A stretch of 64,000 nucleotides of DNA, from the NCBI RefSeq assembly GCF_021869535.1, contig NW_026262648.1, positions 558,001 through 622,000 of the forward strand. The letters are read 5' to 3'. Shown in pieces: positions 46,617 to 61,200 of the stretch. The stretch comes from Mytilus californianus (Eukaryota). The notes under the pieces were generated by a model. That model was not told the DNA's origin. It did no database searches and saw nothing but the letters and a program-made list of their open reading frames with translations. The translations under genes and the position numbers were made by a program. Each line of letters starts with the position of its first letter. Within the stretch, counting starts at the first letter, position 1.

Positions 46617-49268
46617 TCATGACCAAATTATTTCAATGGCAATGCCGAGGTCTTAAAATCAATCTGCGTAAGTTAACACTTTTAGTTCATTCTTGTTTAC
46701 CTGTTGTATTTTGTTTTCGAGAAACTCACCTAACAGAAAGTAAAAATATGATTTTAAATGATATACGATGTATAGTTCTTTTTTCGAAGGAAAATGAACG
46801 TGCTATTAGAGAATCAAAAGTTTTTGTGAAAAAAAAACGTCATTCATAGTAATGCTCAAATCATCACAGATCTACAGGCAGCTGCTGTTTGTTAAGACAA
46901 AACCATTACTGTTTGTTCAATGTATATTCCTTTTAGTTTTACAATTAATAAAGTAAAAAATGAAAAAGTAACTGACCAGTCATTTCCAAATGTTTCTTGC
47001 TAAGGCAAGACGGACATGTAAGCAAAGTAGTCGTTCATCATGGAGACAAATTTGTTTCCGGAATTCTATCTCGCACTCCGATGACAAAAGTTTGGAACAT
47101 GATACAAAAGATCATTAGTAAAAATTCCAAAGCAACTGTCAAACATTTGAAGGAAGAGATTTTTTTATTACCATCGGAAACAGATATTCCCAACAAGTAA
47201 AGTGAAACCTTTTTGAAATCTTCTTCTTCTGACAACTTCAATGTGGATTTTAAGAAATCAAAAAAGGAAAATAAAAATAAATTTAAACTTTAATTTATAC
47301 TTATTTAGAAAAATTATAATAAACCATTTTCAGTTGAAAAAATCTCTACCTAAGGTTCATGATACAGGCCTGATGATATCCACTATCAACGTATTAAACA
47401 TTGACCAGATCTTTTGCAGCTCATGAGTTACATGTGGGAATCTGGGAATATAGAGGTTTGACACCGTCGTAACTATTCCAAAACCAAATTAAGATCATCC
47501 GGGTCCTATTAATTATCGACCATTTGCTCTTACCAGTTGTGTTTGCAAAACGTTTAAACGGAGGATTTATGATTGCTTTGAATGGGTCCTGGAATCTAAT
47601 GTGCTATTAGTCAATATCCAGTGCGGATTCCGACTGGGCCGTTGTACTGTTGATCATCTTGTTGGGTTCAAACTATTCACCCTGTTGTTTGTTTTACAAA
47701 ACATGAGAATGTAGTGTCGGTCTTTTATTACCTTAAAAAAGCCTATGACACTACATGCAAATATGGTATTTTTATTAGTCTGTTTGTCTTTTTATTTTTG
47801 GCCATGGCGTTGTCAGTCTGTTTTCGATCTATGAGTTTGACTGTCCCTCTGGTATCTTTCGTCCCTCTTTTACATATCTTATTGATATAGAGATGAAAGG
47901 TAATATGTGAAATTTCATTTCAAATGTTATCTCTGACAGGCAATTTAATGCTAGTGTCAACTCAACCATATCTGATCCTTGTGATCGAAGATGGTGTTCC
48001 TCAGGGGAGTATTTAGTATGTTACATTGTTCAGACTAAAGATTAACAGTCTTGTTGAAGTTTAAAAAGTAATCATGGTAATATTGAAGCTTTCTTTTACT
48101 CCTTTTTCATTGTAAAAATGGGCTTCTGTGAAAGGTTTTAACTTTGCGATATCAAAGTCCGTCGATATGCATTTCTGTAAGAAACGCATCTTGATCATGA
48201 GATTTACCTACATGGAAACAATATTAGGATGGTCGATGAAACCAAATTTCTTGGTTAAATTTTTGAAAGAAAGTTAACCTTTACCACCCATATCAAAATG
48301 TTAAAATCAATATGTCCAAAAGCTTTATATGCTTTAAATATTTTACAAGTTGTAGCAAGCACGGACTGGGGTCCTGATTGCAACATTTTTGTTTTCAATT
48401 AATATAGATCACTCGTTCTGTCTATATAAGATTATGGGTCCATAGTGTATAGCTCGGCAAAGAAGTCATACGTAGAAATTATCGAGGTTGTGCATAACCA
48501 GAGTCTTCGTCTGTGCCTTGGTGCCTTTGAAACCACACCAGTTGATAGTCTATATGTGGAGGGCGGCGATCCTTCTCTATCTTATAGACTAAATGTGAAA
48601 TATCATATACTGATTTTAAATCTAATATAAAAAAATCTGTCTTGATTTATGGTAAAATGCATATAGAAAAAAGGAACGACAATATAAGTATTGCCTGAAA
48701 TAAAACCAAATATATGCAAATCCTTAAACAATTCTACATGCAGGAAAAAAATCAGTTTTTTTTAGATGCCGTAGCCATGCTAAAAGAACATACAAACATC
48801 GTTTGAAGAATGAAATTCAATCGGAAAGTAAACCTTGCGATTGAAATCTTAAGCAATTACAATTAAACATTTTTTACTGAATGTTATCAGAGATTAGTAG
48901 AAATCAATTGAATGTGAATAATACATTTTGTAATATGTATGATTTAGTTAATATTATTAAAAATAAAAAAAAGTGTTTCATTTTTTAAAGAAACTGACAT
49001 ATATTCCAAACTATGAATATGTTGTACATGTTGTATGTGTGAAATAATTCTTAAAATTTCATTACTTCACCTTATCTGTCAATTTTATTTGCATATAAGT
49101 AATATTGCTTTAAAATAAAGTTTTACTGAATTGAAAGACCATGTGTCTGATTTTAAAAATTGTCTTTTGTTTGAATATTTGATAATGCTCTCGCCTTAAT
49201 GTAGCCTTTATCTGATGATGCGACGTAAAGCAATCATCAATCAATCAATTAATCAATCAATCAATCAA
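46617..49268 (+). mobile_element. Decayed I-group (Nimb/I-like) non-LTR retrotransposon, ORF2 + (AATC)n tail
   Basis: APE start FQWQCRGL...FRET. RT IPKPN...INYRPFALTSCVCKT (47475-47552), GVPQGS (47993-48010), LRLCLGAFETTPVDSLYVE (about 48505-48561). Many stops and deletions. Family B insert at about 47770-47850. Tail at 49187-49268. Confidence 0.75.
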
Positions 49269-50316
49269 TTTTTGTGCTCATTAAATCTTCGCATTTTCAT
49301 AAGATCTAATAAAAAAGACATACAGTTAAACTCTAACATTGTTTAACAGCATTATCAATTTTGGAGTTAAAATTAAAATATAAGACGAGCAGCATTTTGA
49401 ATTTTTAATTTATAATAAAGAACTAGAAGGAGTTCATGATAGTGCATTTTTTATATTTATACTACGGCCTAAAATAACAAAATGTTTAAATTTTTACCTT
49501 TATCTTTTTGATATATTTTAACTTCTTTTGCTTTTTAATTTAATTGTTCTCTAAATTGCGATTAAAATGCTAGTTTTGTTAGAATTGTTTTTTTGAATAA
49601 AAATTAATTAGAAAATAATACATTGTGTGTTCTGTTTGTTTGATTCAACTTCTATTTTAATTAATTATATAAATGTTCAACATCAGAAATGTTATTTTAT
49701 TATAATCTAGAAAAAGCAATGGTGAATGTAACACATTTAACGGGATATGTTCATACTTCCCATTCAACTGAGACCAGGCCGAAAAAAGATTGGGTTTGTG
49801 TTATATATTCTTTTGTTTTGTATGTTCTCGTATTCGTCATGGGGTTGTTGGTTTCTCATCGACTTATGCATTTTGATTTTTCCTTTTGTATCTTCCACCT
49901 CTTTGGTAAATTAGACATTGGAACATTTTTGTGGAAAGTTATATTTTTCTTTAATTGAAAACGTAGACCTGCGCTCAATAACGTTATTTCAACTCTGATT
50001 AAAAAACAGACTTAAGGTAACTTCCGATACTAAGGGAGATAACAACGTTTTACTGATGTAAAACTGGTTCCCTGTTTTAATCTTAGGATATATCGCCTAT
50101 ATATCTGGGTCACGGGTACAGTTCCGTTGTCGTCTGTTAATAACGTGTGTAAACAACTTACAGCTGATTGCACGGAAGAGAGGAAGGTTTATCAAAAAGA
50201 TTAAACTCATGCGTTCGTTTAAAATAAAGAATATGAATAGCTTCAGCCTGAAAGTTCACACAGTCTTAAATGATTCTCAACTTGTAAGATCATATGATAC
50301 AAGTTTTTGTGAGTTG

Positions 50317-53300
50317 TAGTCCATCAGCTAGTTTTCAAAAGCGCCCTAGTTAAGGAGTTTGTGTTACACTCCAGGGTACCGCGATTTTGTTTGATAGAAT
50401 TCAACTTCATTATCTTATTGATAAATTACAAGGTGTTATACTAAGGAAAAAGTCCAAAAGAGGTTTAAAAACGTCCCTTTCAATGGTCCCCTCATTTAGT
50501 AATCACGACTAAGTAATTTATATTTAAAAATTTTAATATAAAGCGATTAAAAAAAAGAAAAGTATAGGTATAAACCAAAACATATTTAATGTAACACTGA
50601 AGATTTTTTGTTTTAAAAAATTTTTTATTTACATTACAAACAATCCGATTTTTTTGGTTAAAATTAAGGCATATTTTCTCATTAAATAGGAAAATTCGTA
50701 ACTCAATTACCCGTATTTGTGAATTAAACTTTAGAATTGATGAGTATGCAATGTTTAAACTATTTTGCAATATTTATATATCGTCTGAAATATGAATTAT
50801 TCAATAAAACGTATGTACGTGCATATACTCGTGAAATACCGGAAATCATCACATTACCGTCTTCGATTCAGTCGACAATATATTCATACCTGAGTGCGCA
50901 CATAAGCACTTAAGCTTATAAATTTGCAACTGAAAACAAATATTAAATTGTCGGTTTAATTTGTTTTTGTGAGACAAATTATTTTATAACGAAACGGTGT
51001 AACGAGATATTTATGACAAAATGACAAATTAGGGTTAAATTTTTGCGTTCTAAAAAGGGTGCACTCTATCGAACTCAATAAGGGTGTGCTTGTTTATATT
51101 TTGTGTTTTAGCTATGTGGTGATTGAGTTAAGATTGTCAAGTCATTCAATCGACAAACATCGCTTTGAACGAAGGTGAAATAGTCAGTTGGGGAATTTGT
51201 TCAGACTTTTTACTTTCTTTAGCACAAAATTATGTCGATTTGACATACCATCTGGTTACTATTTATTTGCTTTTTGTAATGTATATATTGTTCCTCATTT
51301 TTATTATTTTTCTTTCCTTCTTACTTTTACATATTGCTTCACTATTCAATGAATTTGCTCTTGTTTTATAAATTTTGTAAATCTTAGCTCAAATCGGACG
51401 AAATCTAACAGCCGACAACTATAAAACCTTGCTGATGTCACCTTATGTTGGTAAACTATTTGAGGCATTTAGTGTATACTGCAATGTAAGTGAGGGACCA
51501 ATAAAAAGTTTCTGGAATTCTTACATAGAAATGGTGGAACTTTTATTGTTGTTTACAAGAACAACAAGGGAAGGTAATTGGGAACTTCATTTGGCATGTG
51601 TTGAAAAAATGTTACCATGGTTTTTTGGATATGACCGTCAAAACTATTCCCGATACATGTCAGTCTATTTGCTTCATATGCAAAATCTGCCAAATACCCA
51701 CCCTGATGCCCCTGCATATCTTTCATCTGGTGGTTTTTGTGTTTAATGAAGCTCTCGTGGATTTTCTAGATCTCCAATTGACCAAACAATTGAGCAAATG
51801 TTGAACAGAGATACCAAAAAAGAGGTGGTATTGTTGGTTTCAGTTTAAATAAAGGTTCCGTTAAACGTTGGTTGTAAAATGCACATGAAAGAGCTTCAAT
51901 ATCATCAAAATGTCGAGATTTGGCTGGAATGGTTAACCTTGAAACATCCGCACAAAAAGAACTTGGGAAAACTCGAATAAAGCGAGATGAAACTGACGTT
52001 TTAAAATTGGTTCAGACACTGCAAAGCTGGACAAATCCATTTGAAACATCTGAAAAGTTATCTGGCTTGACCTCGGGTATTGTTGCTTCTTCAGAATTAA
52101 TGTGCGACTTTCTAAACGCGTATGAAAAGGGAAAGTTGGCATCAGAAAATTTCATTACTGAACGGCTTATTCAAAAGTCAACCGTCAAATCTTCAAATCA
52201 ATCAAAAGACAATCATTGCTTACGTTTTCAACAAAGGAAATAAAAGGTAAGCAGTTAATGGCTGATAAGAACAACAAAAAATGGAAAGCAGATTGAAATA
52301 TTTTTGGTAGCCTGCTTGTCATAGCCCAGACAAGATAGTATGATATGCGAGAGGTACTCCAGTTTGAATTAGGTCCTCTTCCATGGTCTCTCGCAAACGT
52401 TGATGGTACACCTGTAAAGACAAATAAATCTGTCCTGATTGGTCTTTTAGAAAAGGGCGTTGAACAAATGCAAGCCATTCCTGAGGAAAGCATGTGGATA
52501 TTTGATGGCATGGCAGTCATTCAATCCATTACTAGGATTCAAAGTATTTTTCTGATTTGGCAATAGTTGTTTTAAAAACCATCCTTTTAGTTTCAAAAAG
52601 AGCTCCCCGCATTGATTTTGTCACTGATCAGTGTCCCACATTATCCATAAAAAATTTAGAACGGGATCGCAGGTCCTTGGGAGGGCAAATCATTACGATA
52701 ATTTCTAGACCATCACATTCTTGTCCTTGGCAATGAAAGACATTTTTGTCCGTTGCTAGAAACAAAGATGCTCTTGTTGAATTCTATGTGTCGGAATAGA
52801 GTAAACAATCCTATAAATTTACACTTGAAGGTATTATTTTATTTGTATCACATGGAAGTATGTGCCACAAAATATATGTTGAAAATAAAATAGTGACAAG
52901 TGTAGAATGAACTGAGATTCTAAGCAAACAGGAAGAAACCGACACAAAAATGTTTCTTCATGCAAAACACGCAGCTGACAAAGGTTACGATTCCATTGTT
53001 ATAAAATCTTTTGACACTGATGTTTAAGTATTGGCCTGCTATTTTCAGAATTGCATCAGTTCTAATATAATTATTCTGAAAAGTACGTCTTCCAAATGCA
53101 GATTATTAAATGTGCAATCAATGTGTGCAAAATTTGGGGAGAAAGTTTGTAGAGCATTGCCAGGATTTCACGCCTTTACTGGTTGTGATTCAGTAAGTGC
53201 TTTGTCTGGTAAAAGAAAAAGCATAGCATTCGGCGTTTTGACACGGTCTGTTCAGAAGGTCTATCCTGTCTTGGTGAAATCTTTGAAGAGGTAGGCGAAG

Positions 53301-54465
53301 AGTAGTCAGATTCACTCGAGAGGTTTTTTTTGTGCTATATATGGCTACGAAATTTATAACATCGATGAATAAAGATTCAGAATTGTTTGCAATGCAAAAA
53401 AACATTCATTGTCATCTACTGCCCCAAACAAAAGATGCAATGTTAAAGCACATGAAACGAGCCAACTTTCACGCAAAGATTTGGAAATCTGCTCTTGAAC
53501 ACAACACTGTTCTGTCACCAAACAACCATGGTTGGATTGTATAGAACGATTTGATCAGTATCAATTGGCTAGACCAAATGCTAGATGCTATATTAATTCT
53601 GATAAGCTGTTCATGTAAAGCTGATTGTGCCAACACAAGATGTTTATGTGTTCGACAAGGTTTATCCTGTACAGATGGCTGTAAATGTTTGAATGCTTGT
53701 ACCAATAAGGATTATCAAATCGTTGATATTGCTAACAATGACGACGAAGATGATGGAGATGATGATGATGATAATTCGGTAAATGCAGGTGATTAAACTG
53801 ATGATGATTTTATGGGTTGACCTTCTTCGTGACCTTAAAATGTGGTGATTCAGTTGTTAAAAAAACTTTAGTATAGATCTAGAAACCCTGACAGTTCTTT
53901 TATTTTTTTTTAGTAATATGTGACTTATTTCATGAATGTGATGTATAGATACGTGATAGAATCGTGCATATCTGGTTGCTTATGTTTGTGTTTGACGTTG
54001 ATTCTATATTTTTTTTTACCTTTGAATGTTTTTCAACAGCCTTTAGTTACTTGATGATCTATGTTTCAATGTAAAAAATACACCTTTTTATCAATTAAAC
54101 TAGTGCGTATGCTTTTTTTCATTCAAAATCATGAATTTTGGAAATTACCTTCCCCCTTTTTTTTCATGGTCCTCTACGATTTAAAAATAAAATAAAATTT
54201 ACCCTCCGTTTTAATAAGATATGATTTGATTAATTTAATAAAAAAAATAGTACCGAATACTTGCTTATTTTTTCATATTTCTGTATATAAAATTTTTGAT
54301 ATACTCTTTATAAGTCCCCTTTTAACCCCTTTTGGACACTTTTTCAAAAGTATAACACCTCTTAAAATATTCTTCAGACATTACTCTTTAGATTTATACA
54401 AAAAAAATGCGGTACCCTGGGGTGTAACACAGAACTGAAATTTTACCCAATCAGCTGATAGACTA
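50317..54465 (+). mobile_element. AcademX DNA transposon, internally deleted, with TIRs and a 3-bp TSD
   Basis: Ends TAGTCCATCAGCT...AGCTGATAGACTA. Inner TIR block GTGTTACAC(T/C)CCAGGGTACCGC at both ends, with imperfect TIRs of about 150 bp. TTG at 50314-50316 and 54466-54468. Confidence 0.88.
51400..53796 (+). pseudogene. Academ transposase C-terminal part: XPG-like nuclease + Cys8 finger + acidic tail
   Basis: REGNWELHL..MLPWFF.YD..NYSRY; QEETDTKMFLHA (52929-52964); DTDV; HAFTGCD (53169-53189); CSCKADCANTRCLCVRQGLSCTDGCKCLNAC. Multiple frameshifts and stops. Confidence 0.85.
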
Positions 54466-57400
54466 TTGGAGAAATTCGGCGTCCGATCACAGTGACCTTT
54501 CGGTTGACGAAAAAAGAAGGTCGACGGCTAGCTCTGGCTCACCACCTAGCGCAGAATCTGTTCGTTAAGATGTGTGACTGTCCCCTGCAGATACTGTCAG
54601 CAAACGGAAATACGACCTTGGAGGTGGAGGCAGTGGAGCATTTTGTCCATACCATGCTACCTTGTAGTAGCTGCAGTGCATGTAACCTGCATATCATGCA
54701 TATGTAACAGCGTAGATACGAGGAAAAGAAATGGGACTGGTGAATTTATCAATTCAAAAGCTGCACTTGGTAAGAGATTTAAACTTTCTCTCTAGATTCT
54801 CTTTACACATTTTACTTGGTGGAGAAGGTGTATGGTTTCATGTCTTGTTTAAATGAACCTGCCCCACACCTCTCTTTTTCTTTCTTGAATTCCCCTCTAT
54901 TATGGTCTGGGGTTTGTGTGGTTTGAGGGTAAAAAGCATAATTTTGAGAGGAAGTGCTGCACAAATTTTTTAGGAAGCTGGACTTAGTAATTTTTCTGGA
55001 ATTTTGCCCCTGGAAGTTATTTTATTTATCATTTGTGCAATGAACAGAAAGACAACAGCATAAGGAGTTTTTTAGTTTTGCATCCAAAAGGGGAGGATTA
55101 TTTTGTAAATAATTATTTGGTAGCAATTTATCATAAATGAAATTAGAATTGAAAAAGAAAACAAATACAGTCACCATGATTCATTCACAGAAATAATGTT
55201 TTACAAACTTGAAATATTAGTTGTCTTATCTTATAATCAGAATGTTCATATTAATCATCTTTTGCATGTGATCATAGACCAAGTGGTCTAATACCTTGAG
55301 ATTTAGTCATTTAAAAGCACAGATAGAATGATGTGTAGAATGCAGGATAATGCATAAAGGGAAAAAAGAAAATGAGGAAGGGGCATGCAAGCCACACCCA
55401 CCCTCACTCCACATTATTAGTAATTTATGTGAGTCTGTGTAGTGTGATCTATAAGAATAAAGGCAAATATGAATTTACAATCATATTATATAAATATAAA
55501 TTAAAAAAAAAACAATTGTATATTCCAAATAAAAGTATGAACTCAAAAGTCTAAATAGTTTATCTAATTAACCAATGCGCAGACTGACATTTCATATCCT
55601 ATTTTTCAGGAATGATACATGCAGGAATTAGTGTCACACATTTTAACAATTTTCTTAATGGATTGAATATACTTTCTGTGAATTCATCCACCATAAAGAA
55701 AAAGGAGAATGAAACCGGAAAGAAAATATTTGCAGTTGCAAAAGAATCCTGTAGTTAATTAAATCAGGAGAAGAAACAGTTTTAAACATGGTCAATATAA
55801 TGAGTAATTGGAAGGTTTTTAAATCTTGAGTTAAATAATTTCAAAGTATTTTTTTGATAATTTACCAAAATAGATATAAAGTATAATGAGGACCATAATT
55901 ATATTCATATTTGCCCTAGCAGTCATAAAAATGAATTAACAGATCTTGGTAATAATTTCAAGTTTAGGGTCAATATTTCAAATTAATTTTTTGGTAAAGC
56001 AGTGTTATATATACTTGAAGACTTTGATGTATAGATCATGACAGAATTTGTTTCAACAAAAATATTGAACTAGAATTTGTTACATTGGTATTTATTAAAT
56101 GAAATCTATATTTATGGATAATTTCAACAAATTTAATGAACCCAATTAGGTTTTTAAAGCCTTTATACATTATTATTACAAATTTCATTGTTGACAGCCT
56201 GAGTTTCCAGTTAATTTTAAATGTAATATGTTTTAGCTATAGTATTTGAACACTGCATGTACTTTCATTAATATATGTTGTACTATTTTTTTTCCCATTA
56301 GGTTGAAGCCAGTTTTGTTGCAGAATAGCAAATATTTGGTACTGGTTGAAACTATGAAAATGATACAGGTAAATTTGAAGAATTAAGGCTTTAACTTTAT
56401 TAATAGAAAAGAAATGCCCAAATGTCAAGGTCAAAGTGGACCTTGTAGATTCTAAACACCCTTGTGAAATCTTTAGAAGCAACAGTCATTTATGGTGAGA
56501 GAATGCCATACTTTGCAATGCTCATGTTATTATATGGAGTATGATTTTTTTTCAGTTTGTGAGTGAATTTATAGTTTATTTATTTAAAAAAAAAATGGCT
56601 CGTTTATCATTATTTTTATTATTTTGTTTATATTGAACAACCGAAGTTGATAACAAGTAATATAAAAGTCTCACTCATTATGAATCCTATAATTATATAA
56701 ATTTACTTTCAATACGATTTCTTTTTTATTTCTTATCAATTGTAGGTCTTATGGTGGATCATCATCCTTTAAAGAACAGCAGGTTATTAGCAGCAGTTTT
56801 ACAGAAAAATGAAGGATATAAATGGCTGTCAATGGTAAATACATACATTTTAGGATAATTACATTAATTTACCTTTGAGAAAAAAACTTGAGGTTTCATT
56901 TGATACTTTTTAGTCCCCTACCGACGAGGTCGAAGGGGACTTTAGGTTAGCACTCCGTCTGTCTGTCTGTCTGTCCGTCTGTCTGTCCTTCTGTCAGTCC
57001 GGCTAATCAGTTTTCCTCACTTTTTTTCTTCATGCTTGGAGATATTGACAACTAATTTTTAACCGGTAGGGGACTATGTATTGCCATGCAATACTCTCAG
57101 AATGCTTGTTAATCTGATAATGGTGTTTTGCAGGCATAAAAATTTCTTTTTGGACAATAGATTTAGTAGATTTTAGTTTGCCTCAAGGTGAAATGCACAA
57201 GTTCATATCTCATCAACTATAAATTGTAGAATTATGTAAACTTGTACAAAGATGACATACATTTGCCACTTCACTGACTTTGGTTATGTTAAACATCCAA
57301 TTTCATATCTCAGCAACCACATTTAAAGGTGTCAGATGATGCAAACTTATATACACAGATGACTCTCAGAGTCTCAGTTAGTACCTGAGAGCTTCCAGGC

Positions 57401-58220
57401 AAAAGAAGGTCACACTATTGATTAGTACTTTATTTTATTATTTAATAAATATAAAATATATTATAAAGACTGCCACTGGTTCCTATGTGTAACAATGAAG
57501 CTAACTATGTGATGTAGATTACTTATGTTTATCACAAACTTGGTCACATGCTGTATATGTAAATGTATACCAAAAAGAACAGTTCAACTGTATTGATTTA
57601 AGGTAAATGGTCAAGGTCACAGCTATTAAATATATACCTCGAATTTGCATTTGTATTGGACACTATAATGCTCCCTATATTGTTACTTATATTTCATTCC
57701 AAATAGCTCTGTACATTAAAAAAAACACTAAAAAGGATGTACATCATATGCAGAAGCAATATAAAATTGCATACCCATCAGGTGACCTAATTATTGCAAT
57801 CACTTCAAAACCCTGGCCATATATCACATTATGATATTAAACGCTTAATGAGTACCTTTGTTTGTCACGTATGTAATCTTTTTAAATTGATGTTTTAATA
57901 CATGATTGGATTAATTTTGCACTATAATATTATATATTACACCTTTTTATTACAAATACTTAAATTAAACTTTCAGGTAAATGCAGCATCAGAACGTTCC
58001 CCCGGCAAATTTACTCTGAAAGTTTGGGAAAGTATGAATTAGAAATTGGAGAGGCAAAGAGATAACCAGAAAACACAGAATTTAAAAGAGAAAAATTGAA
58101 ATAAAAAGAATAGAAAGACGGCCCCATGTAGTTTAAATGTTAAAGAAGGAACAACATATGAAATAGAAACTGAAGTAAACGACAATGCTTTAGTGCTTGT
58201 GACATTCAGCAAATTACTTC
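54466..58220 (+). pseudogene. Kolobok transposase exon remnants
   Basis: 54466-54769: EGRRL..HLAQNL...CDCPL and CISC...INSKAAL, phase-1 GTAAG donor. From 55610: GMIHAGISVTHFNNFL...KESC. 56302-56368: VEASFVAE*QIFGTG*NY (decayed SFDAGWQKRG motif). 56746-56834: decayed CxxC exon. EGTTY at 58145-58159. Confidence 0.75.
56907..57110 (+). mobile_element. Helentron-associated non-autonomous element (HINE/DINE-1/pearl-like architecture)
   Basis: 5' AGTCCCCTACCG with partner AGGGGACT. (GTCT/GTCC)n microsatellite at 56957-56995. 3' subTIR CGGTAGGGGACT (57064-57075). Hairpin GTATTGC-CAT-GCAATAC, then a T-rich end. Confidence 0.75.
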
Positions 58221-61200
58221 TCATATTCTTTATAATAAATATATATATATATAGATCAATGCGTAAAATTTGATTTTCAAACAAGACGTCTTTTAAGAAA
58301 TAGTGACGTCACTCAGGTAGCAGCTGTCAGTGGACCAAACCTATTCCATAGATGTAATATGCCAAAATGTGACATTTTAAATGAAGGGAGCAAAATAACT
58401 GGTATTTTCTTTTCGTAATGCCACTAATAGTAATATGATATATCTGAATGGGAGCAACCTGTACTATTCAATATGGATCAAAGGATTGACAATTTTGACA
58501 GGGAACAAAATGAACTCTAATTATGCTATGACTATCAATCAGTATTTGACTGAATCAGAAGAGTTAACTATATACATATTTTTAAATATAACAGTCTATA
58601 TTTTTGCTTAATTATTGAGGCATTAAAAATAATGAAAAACCTTTGAAAAAATTATTATTTCATCATTTTTTGCTTATGTTACTATGACGACTGAAAATAT
58701 ATAATGTATTATTATTATGCTTCATCAAACTTAAATCATTAATTGAGGACAGGGTGACAAAGTCTAGACATTTTTTTAATCCATTTACTTGCATGACTGG
58801 TATCTATGAATCGATAATTGAATGAAAAAAATATATGGTGATTTTCTCTAACTGCTGAGTAATTTGTTATGCTCGTTTTAGACCACAGTAATGCTTATAT
58901 AGATGCTGCATTATCATAATAATTGTTTACATTTACATAGAAGCCATGTGTTGTAGCTCTGAAATCATGTTATTTGATCTCTTTTTGTCTGTTAGGTAGT
59001 TACTCTTGCACATCAGAACAATGCAAAAACTTGAATTTTCCCATTTCTTGTCCTGTTGCCATGGTAACCATTGTTCGTAGAAACAAAAATTGCTTTCATT
59101 TGATTGTCTTGTGAAAATGTATTATTCTGTGTAAGTTTAACAAAGGATATGACAACATGTGTCACACTTCGTACACACAATTTTGAAAGATATACAAAGA
59201 ACTGCTGTTGATCACTGTGTCGTTAGGGGTCACAAAAACGTTTTTAGGTCAAACAATAGTCTGGTGACCCATATTTTTCTTCTTTTTTTTCAAAGCTCAT
59301 TGTTTTGACCATCTTATGTCAAATTTAAAAAAAATATTCATTCGACCATTTTTTTTGGAAATTTAAGAAAAATAGAAATTTTTAACAAAATCTGTGTTTT
59401 TTGTGTGCAGCAGTGTTGATGAAGTTTGAGCCAATATTAATAAATATGAATAAAACTGCCATTATTTGTGTTTTAATTACATTTGTAATGTTAATTTTGT
59501 AATAAATGAAGAACAAACCTTCCAAAATACTTTCAAAGGCTTGAAAAAAATCCAGAGTTTCTACATCAGGTATGTATTTATGCATACACGTGATGTACCA
59601 ACTTTGGTGACCGTTACCATGGAAACGAGTCTGGTGACATACTATTTTTAACTCAAATTTTTATAGAGGCCATTGCATAGTATATGTATGCAAATTTTAA
59701 GAAAAATTCAATGGTGAAAAAAAAATTGCTATATCTGTAGGGATCCACCTTAAACAAAAGACATGCAGCGTAAACAAAATTATGAGACACCATATCTTAT
59801 ATTTTGCAAAATTTATTGCAAATAACAAAGAGAAATGGTAAAACTGCCAACAGATGAGCTCGATGACAATAAATGTGTAAAAACAAAGTTCGTATTGTAG
59901 TCGGCATTATGAAGATTATAAATTAATTAATAATATCCATTTAGTTTTGAAATATTCTTCCTTATTACGAATTGCACTTCTAAAAATTATCTCATGTAAA
60001 AACTCTGTAAAAATAGTTATAGGGTTGGTTTATCACTGGGTTAGTACTAGCATGATCAACACGACTGGTGACACTTGTGGAACAGGGTCTGCTTACCCTT
60101 TCGGAGCAACTGAGATCACCTCGGTTTTCAATGAGGTTCTAACAATAACATTATGATGTGTGAATGGAAGCTCAAAAGTGACAAAAATATACCTAAATTG
60201 CCTTCTTTTTGCCAGTGGCAGTAAAATACAAATCCCTTTTTGTCACTGTTTGAACCATGATTAAGCTTGCAATAATTGTCAATTAACGGTACGCAAACAA
60301 CAGCAAAACAATCACAACACACAATAAGTGATATTCAGACCTCTAAATTGTCTACCGATGTAATCATGTATAAAAATTAAGGAATTGTGTATATAACTTT
60401 GAAATGACTGTAATTCGCATTGCAAACTCATCAAATATACCAGGCTTATGATTTGGAACTACAGACATGCAGTCCTTTATATAAGATTCAACAAAGGTGA
60501 TCAAATTTGAACAGTTGAAATGTCATACTACTTTTGAACTACAAAGGGTAGACTAGTCAAATCAAACCGATCATCGAAACAGTCCGTTATTAAATTTTGA
60601 ATATGTTGAAATAAAAAGAAGAAGACTGTAAGTCAAATAAAAACGAGCAACATAAGACAAAAAAGACAAAGGACAAAACAGTCTGCGAATCATAGCAATT
60701 AATTTAGACTTCCTTTCTATTGATATAAAATAGTATAAGTCGCAAAGAAACATAAACAAGTATATTTTAATTCTTGGTACTTGTATTCTAAGTACTTGAA
60801 TACATGTTGATCACTTACAATTGCGAATGGTTGTCTTTTGGTGCCGAAATATTTCCAAATATTCAACGAGACGCTGAAATTGGATAGTAATTTTTTACAC
60901 GAAACGCTTTGAAAAGGACGGAGATTGCATAGGATGTAATTTGTGATTTGCTGAAATATATATACACTTAACTGATTGATGACGAAAATCGTCCGTGTAC
61001 ATTTACGCCAAACATTTGTCATTTTAAAATGAAAAATAAATTTTGCAAATTGCTCTGCAACTTTTAATGTTAATTAGTTGGAAAAATGTAACAAAAATCT
61101 TTTGAAGTCACTTTATAAAAATCATTTTCTAAATGAAATTTGAAATTTGTAATTTTCATGAGATTACATTTTTTGATTTCACGGGGATATTAAAAACAAA

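Larger units (their letters stand above)
50016..59749 (+). mobile_element. Decayed Kolobok DNA transposon with a spliced transposase, TTAA TSD
   Basis: TTAA|GGTAAC at 50012-50021 and ATCCACC|TTAA at 59743-59753, with internal transposase exons. Pairing of the two ends is inferred because the TIR match is short. Confidence 0.65.

Noticed and set aside
49211-49230. CTGATGA in the LINE tail as a hammerhead core.
   Set aside because: Not followed by stem II and GAAA.
50016-59749. KolobokP-type long terminal direct repeats or a His-Me nuclease.
   Set aside because: The two end regions show no direct repeat and no such ORF remnant was recognised.
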